64,000 nt of DNA. Origin: an uncultured Thermoleophilia bacterium. Its GTDB lineage: Bacteria > Actinomycetota > Thermoleophilia > UBA2241. The notes under the pieces are model-generated. The model was not told the origin of the DNA. It worked only from the letters and a program-made list of their open reading frames with translations, and did not search any database. Position numbers and translations under genes: made by a program. The stretch is taken from assembly GCA_963715985.1 (NCBI GenBank), contig CAVQSP010000013.1:480001-544000 (forward strand), written 5' to 3'. Below, in pieces: positions 59,548 to 64,000 of the stretch (its first letter is position 1; each line of letters opens with the position of its first letter).

Positions 59548-59829
59548 ATGATCGGTGAAGACGACGTCCGCTACGTCGCCAAGCTCGCCCGACTCAGGCT
59601 CGAGCAGGATGAAGTAGCGCGCATGGCGGGCGAGCTGGCCAAGATCCTCTCCCACATCGACAAGATGAGTGAGCTCGACATCTCCGCCGTGGCCCCCACG
59701 GCTCACGTCCTCGATGTGGTCAACGTGGCGCGCGTCGACCGGCCGCGGCCCAGCCTCGATCGCCACGAGGCCCTGCGCAACGCCCCCGCCGTGAGCGACG
59801 ACTGCTTCCGCGTGCCGAGGATGGGCTGA
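59548..59829 (+). CDS. gatC: Asp/Glu-tRNA amidotransferase subunit C
   Basis: VRYVAKLARL, ALRNAP, FRVPR. Confidence 0.94.
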   Translation: MIGEDDVRYVAKLARLRLEQDEVARMAGELAKILSHIDKMSELDISAVAPTAHVLDVVNVARVDRPRPSLDRHEALRNAPAVSDDCFRVPRMG

Positions 59830-59831
59830 CG

Positions 59832-61370
59832 GTGTCTTCGCTGGACCCGCTCAGGCTCACCGCCAGGGAGGCCAAGCGCCTCCTCGTGGACGGCGAGATC
59901 TCCGCCGCCGAGCTCGCCAAGGTGTACCTCGACCAGATCGAGGCGGTGGAGGCGAAGGTGCGCGCCTACATCCTGCTGACGCCCGACAACACCGCCAAGT
60001 ACTCCACCAAGGTGGACCGCGAGATGCAGGCCATGCGCGGCCCGCTGGCGGGCCTGCCCATCGCCATCAAGGACAACATGGTCACCGAGGGCGTGACGAC
60101 CACGTGCGCCTCGAAGATCCTGCACAACTACATGCCGGTGTACACGGCCACGGCCGTGCGCCAGGTGTGGGACGGCCACGTGGTCATGCTCGGCAAGACC
60201 AATCTCGACGAGTTCGCCATGGGCTCGTCCACCGAGAACTCCGCCTTCCACCGCACCTGCAACCCGTGGGACCTCTCCACCGTGCCCGGCGGGTCCAGCG
60301 GCGGCTCCGCCGCCGCCGTCGCCGCCGGCGAGGCCCTGTGGGCGCTGGGCAGCGACACCGGCGGCTCCATCCGCCAGCCCGCCGCTCTCTGTGGCATCGT
60401 CGGCATGAAGCCCACGTACGGCGCCGTGAGCCGCTACGGCCTCGTCGCCTTCGCCAGCTCGCTCGACCAGATCGGCCCGCTGACGCGCTCGGTGTACGAC
60501 TGCGCGCTGCTGCTGCAGCACATCGTCGGCCGCGACCGCAACGACGCCACCAGCGTGCAGCTGCCGGAGCCGGTCGCGCTGCCCACGGCCGGCCGGCTCG
60601 ACGGCCTGCGCGTGGGCATCCCGCGCGAGTACCTCGCCACCGGGTTGGAGCCCGGCGTGCGCGCGCGCTTCGACGAGACCATGGCCCGCGTGGAGGAGCT
60701 GGGCGGCACGGGCGTGGAGATCAGCCTGCCGCACACGGACTACGCCCTCGCTGCGTACTACATCATCGCCCCCGCCGAGGCGAGCGCGAACCTGGCGCGC
60801 TTCGACGGCGTCCGCTACGGCTACCGCTGCGCCGACCCCGTCGACCTGCTGGACATGTACGAGCGCACGCGCGGCGAAGGCTTCGGGCCCGAGGTCAAGC
60901 GCCGCATCATGATCGGCACCTACGCGCTCTCGGCCGGCTACTACGACGCCTACTACGGCCGCGCGCAGCGCGTGCGCACGCTCGTGCGCGAGGACTTCAC
61001 CAGAGCCTTCGCGGACGTGGACCTGATCGCCTCGCCCACCTCGCCGTCAGTCGCCTTCAAGGCGGGGTCGCGTACCGCCGACCCGCTCTCCATGTACATG
61101 TGCGACGTCTGCACCATCCCGACCAATCTCGCCGGACTGCCCGCGATCAGCATCCCCTGCGGCCTCAGCGAGGGCCTGCCGGTGGGCTTCCAGCTCATCG
61201 GACCGGCGTTCAGCGAGAACCTCATCCTGAACGCCGCCCACGCCCTCGAGGGCGCCATCGGCTTCGACACGGCGCCCACGTTCGCCGACCCGGGAGCGGT
61301 CCCGACGCGTCAGGGCTGGTGTCCGGGCGACGGTGCGATCACCTACCACCCCGAGGACGCGCAGTCATGA
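59832..61370 (+). CDS. gatA: Asp/Glu-tRNA amidotransferase subunit A
   Basis: GKTNLDEFAMGSSTENS, PGGSSGGS, GSDTGGSIRQP, EVKRRIMIGTYALSAGYYDAYY. Confidence 0.96.
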   Translation: MSSLDPLRLTAREAKRLLVDGEISAAELAKVYLDQIEAVEAKVRAYILLTPDNTAKYSTKVDREMQAMRGPLAGLPIAIKDNMVTEGVTTTCASKILHNYMPVYTATAVRQVWDGHVVMLGKTNLDEFAMGSSTENSAFHRTCNPWDLSTVPGGSSGGSAAAVAAGEALWALGSDTGGSIRQPAALCGIVGMKPTYGAVSRYGLVAFASSLDQIGPLTRSVYDCALLLQHIVGRDRNDATSVQLPEPVALPTAGRLDGLRVGIPREYLATGLEPGVRARFDETMARVEELGGTGVEISLPHTDYALAAYYIIAPAEASANLARFDGVRYGYRCADPVDLLDMYERTRGEGFGPEVKRRIMIGTYALSAGYYDAYYGRAQRVRTLVREDFTRAFADVDLIASPTSPSVAFKAGSRTADPLSMYMCDVCTIPTNLAGLPAISIPCGLSEGLPVGFQLIGPAFSENLILNAAHALEGAIGFDTAPTFADPGAVPTRQGWCPGDGAITYHPEDAQS

Positions 61371-62821
61371 GGACCTGGGAACCAGTCATCGGTCTCGAGA
61401 TGCACGTGGAGCTCGACACGCGCACCAAGATGTTCTGCGGCTGCGAGGTCACCAAGGGCGACGCGCCCAACCTGCACACCTGCCCGGTGTGCCTGGCGCA
61501 TCCGGGCGCGCTGCCCGTGGTCAACCAGCGCGCCATCGAGTTCGCCGCGCGCATCGCGCTGGCTCTGAACTGCACCGTGCAGCCGCGCAGCATCTTCCAC
61601 CGCAAGAACTACTTCTATCCCGACCTGCCCAAGGCGTACCAGATCAGCCAGTACGACGAGCCGCTGGCCACGGCGGGCTGGTTCGAGTACTGGGCGGGCG
61701 GCGAGAAGCTGCGCTGCCGCATCAACCGCGTGCACATGGAGGAGGACGCCGCCAAGCTGGTGCACGCCGGCGGCGACACGGGCCGCATCGCGGGCTCGGA
61801 CTACTCCATGGTGGACTTCAACCGCGGCGGCACCCCGCTCATCGAGATCGTCAGCGAGCCCGATATCCCGTCGCCGGAGGCGGCCAGGGAGTTCCTGCAG
61901 CAGCTGCGCAACCTCGTCGTCGAGCTGGGCGTGAGCGAGTGCAACATGGAGGAGGGCCAGATCCGCTGGGACGCCAACGTGAGCGTGCGCCCCGCGGGTA
62001 CCGAGGCGCTGGGCACGCGCACCGAGCTCAAGAACATGAACAGCTTCCGCTACCTGCAGCAGGCGCTGGACGCGGAGATCCCCCGCCAGATCGAGATCAT
62101 CGAGGCCGGGGGCGAGATCGACCTCGAGACGCTGCACTTCGACCCGGACACCGGCACCACCACGCCGCTGCGCTCCAAGGAAGAGGCGCACGACTACCGC
62201 TACTTCCCCGAGCCGGACCTGGTGCCGGTGGAGATCGACGCGGCCTGGCTGGACGAGCTGCGCGCGTCGCAGCCGGAGCTGCCGGAGGCGCGCGTGGAGC
62301 GCTTCGTGGAGCAGTACGGCCTCTCGCGCGCGGACGCCCAGGTCCTGGGCAGCTCGCACGCCCTGGCGGGCTTCTACGAGGAGGTCGTGGCCCTGGGCGC
62401 CGAGGCCAAGCCGGCGGCCAACTGGACGATGGGCGAGTACCTCGCCCACCTCAACGCCGCCGGCCTCGAGGCCGGCCACGGCCACGTCACCGCCGAGCGC
62501 CTCGCCAAACTCGTCAAGCTGGTCGCCGGCGGCGTCGTCTCCAGCAGCGCCGGCAAGGAGGTCTTCGCGACGATGATCGTGGAGCGGGCCGAGCCGGAGG
62601 ACGTGGTGGAGAAGCACGGGCTCGGCCAGATCAGCGACACCTCGGAGCTCGAGGCTGCCGTGACCGCCGTGGTGGCCGGCAACCCGGCACAGGTGGAGCA
62701 GTACCGCGGCGGCAAGCAGCAGGTGCTGGGCTTCTTCGTCGGCCAGGTCATGAAGTCCACCGGCGGGCGCGCCAATCCGCAGCTCGTCAACGAGCTGCTG
62801 CGGCGCGCCCTCGACGGCTGA
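61367..62821 (+). CDS. gatB: Asp/Glu-tRNA amidotransferase subunit B
   Basis: IGLEMHVEL, RKNYFYPDLPKAYQISQ, HMEEDAAK, RTELKNMNS, YRYFPEPDL. Confidence 0.97.
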   Translation: MRTWEPVIGLEMHVELDTRTKMFCGCEVTKGDAPNLHTCPVCLAHPGALPVVNQRAIEFAARIALALNCTVQPRSIFHRKNYFYPDLPKAYQISQYDEPLATAGWFEYWAGGEKLRCRINRVHMEEDAAKLVHAGGDTGRIAGSDYSMVDFNRGGTPLIEIVSEPDIPSPEAAREFLQQLRNLVVELGVSECNMEEGQIRWDANVSVRPAGTEALGTRTELKNMNSFRYLQQALDAEIPRQIEIIEAGGEIDLETLHFDPDTGTTTPLRSKEEAHDYRYFPEPDLVPVEIDAAWLDELRASQPELPEARVERFVEQYGLSRADAQVLGSSHALAGFYEEVVALGAEAKPAANWTMGEYLAHLNAAGLEAGHGHVTAERLAKLVKLVAGGVVSSSAGKEVFATMIVERAEPEDVVEKHGLGQISDTSELEAAVTAVVAGNPAQVEQYRGGKQQVLGFFVGQVMKSTGGRANPQLVNELLRRALDG

Positions 62822-63015
62822 CCCCGTCTCGCCGCGTCCTGCGCGCCATGTTGCCCGCCCTCCCGGCGCTGTGGGACAATGCGGGCGACGTGCAGCCGCG
62901 CTTGCGCCGTGCGCGCGCCGCGCTCTCCAGGCCCCGTCACCACGCGCTCCCATCTTGCCGACGGCGCGACCCCGGGGCCGGGGCGTCCCGCCACAGCGCT
63001 GACAGGTAGGTGAGT

Positions 63016-64000
63016 ATGAGCAGCGACCTCTCCAGCTTCGTCATCGGTCGTCCGCGGCCGGCCGAACCGGCCGTGCGTATCGACGACACCACGCTCCGTG
63101 ACGGCGAGCAGACTGCCGGCGTAGTGTTCTCCAACCACGAGAAGATCCGCATCGCCAAGCTGCTCGACGAGGTGGGCGTCCATCAGATCGAGATCGGCAT
63201 CCCCGCCATGGGCGGCGACGAGAAGGCGACCATCAAGCAGATCGTGGGCCTCGGTCTCGACTCGTCGATCCTCGCCTGGAACCGCGCCGTCATCGACGAC
63301 CTGCGCCATTCGCTGGACTGCGGGGTGGACGCGGTGGCCATCTCGATGTCGGCCAGCGACATCCACATCGAGCACAAGCTGGCCAAGAGTCGCCAGTGGG
63401 TGCTGGACCAGATCCGCGAGTGTGTGGCGTTCGCCAAGGACAAGGACCTCTACGTCTCGGTGAACGCCGAAGACGCCTCGCGCGCCGACCTCGAGTTCCT
63501 GCTGCGCTTCTGCCAGGCAGCCAGGGAGGAGGGCGCCGACAGGCTGCGCTTCTGCGACACGCTGGGCATCCTCGACCCGTTCGACACCTACAACGTCATC
63601 ACGTTCCTCAAGCGCGAGGGCGGGCTGGATATCGAGATGCACACGCACGACGACTTCGGCATGGCCACCGCCAACGCGCTGGCCGGCATCAAGGCCGGCG
63701 CCACCTACGTCAACACCACCGTCAACGGCCTGGGGGAGCGCGCCGGCAACGCCGCCCTCGAGGAGGTCGTGATGGCACTCAAGTACCTGGGCAAGGTGGA
63801 CGTGGGCCTGCACACGAGCCGCTTCCGTGAGCTCAGCGAGTACGTGGCCGCGGCCTCGGCGCGCACCATCCCCGCCTGGAAGAGCATCGTGGGCACCAAC
63901 GTGTTCGCGCACGAGAGCGGCATCCACGCCGACGGCGTCATCAAGAACCCCCTCAACTACGAGGCGTTCGCGCCCGAGGACGTCGGTCTGGAGCGGCAGA
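63016..64000 (+). CDS. nifV: Homocitrate synthase-like enzyme (NifV / Re-citrate synthase family), truncated by the window end
   Basis: IDDTTLRDGEQTAGVVF, EIGIPAMG, AWNRA, NAEDASRAD, FCDTLG, HTHDDFGMATANALAG, GLGERAGNA, FAHESGIH. Confidence 0.85.
   Translation, partial: MSSDLSSFVIGRPRPAEPAVRIDDTTLRDGEQTAGVVFSNHEKIRIAKLLDEVGVHQIEIGIPAMGGDEKATIKQIVGLGLDSSILAWNRAVIDDLRHSLDCGVDAVAISMSASDIHIEHKLAKSRQWVLDQIRECVAFAKDKDLYVSVNAEDASRADLEFLLRFCQAAREEGADRLRFCDTLGILDPFDTYNVITFLKREGGLDIEMHTHDDFGMATANALAGIKAGATYVNTTVNGLGERAGNAALEEVVMALKYLGKVDVGLHTSRFRELSEYVAAASARTIPAWKSIVGTNVFAHESGIHADGVIKNPLNYEAFAPEDVGLERQ

Overview
High-GC (roughly 70%) chromosomal window. It most likely comes from an anaerobic actinobacterium, possibly Thermoleophilia-like; this is an inference from GC content, leaderless promoters, DtxR and gene content. 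Many genes, including the essential argS, carry single-base frameshifts, which points to long-read or MAG sequencing error rather than gene decay. All family assignments come from motif recognition and recall; no database search was run. (1) 1-20 kb: a trihydroxybenzene catabolic island controlled by four IclR regulators. It holds the tail of a BthL-like subunit, an AthL-like Mo enzyme with an SCP2-like N-terminal domain, two SDRs, a 3-hydroxyacyl-CoA-dehydrogenase-family protein, a cyclase, a cupin, a BKACE and a Liv-type ABC importer with two Tat-lipoprotein binding proteins. This matches the anaerobic pyrogallol/phloroglucinol pathway, and five promoters each carry a tandem 15-bp operator pair. 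(2) 20-41 kb: mixed housekeeping genes (5-formyl-THF cyclo-ligase, V4R-GGDEF, rlmH, argS, peptidases, tRNA-Gly, DtxR-feoB, treT, otsA, GT4, orphan DNA methyltransferase, larC). A 2.5-kb segment carrying a thioredoxin-like gene, a sigma70 remnant and rnj is bracketed by an 85-bp direct repeat of the otsA 3' end. (3) 41-47 kb: fhs-fchA-folD followed by a bifurcating-type HydC/HydB module with no catalytic subunit. (4) 47.6-59 kb: two paralogous APC permeases, an Lrp regulator, a metallophosphoesterase and a Pol-beta-type nucleotidyltransferase, next to an acyl-CoA synthetase, an SDR and putrescine aminotransferase. This permease/phosphoesterase/nucleotidyltransferase module is the best candidate for an undescribed system. 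(5) 59-64 kb: cspA, gatCAB and a truncated nifV-like gene.
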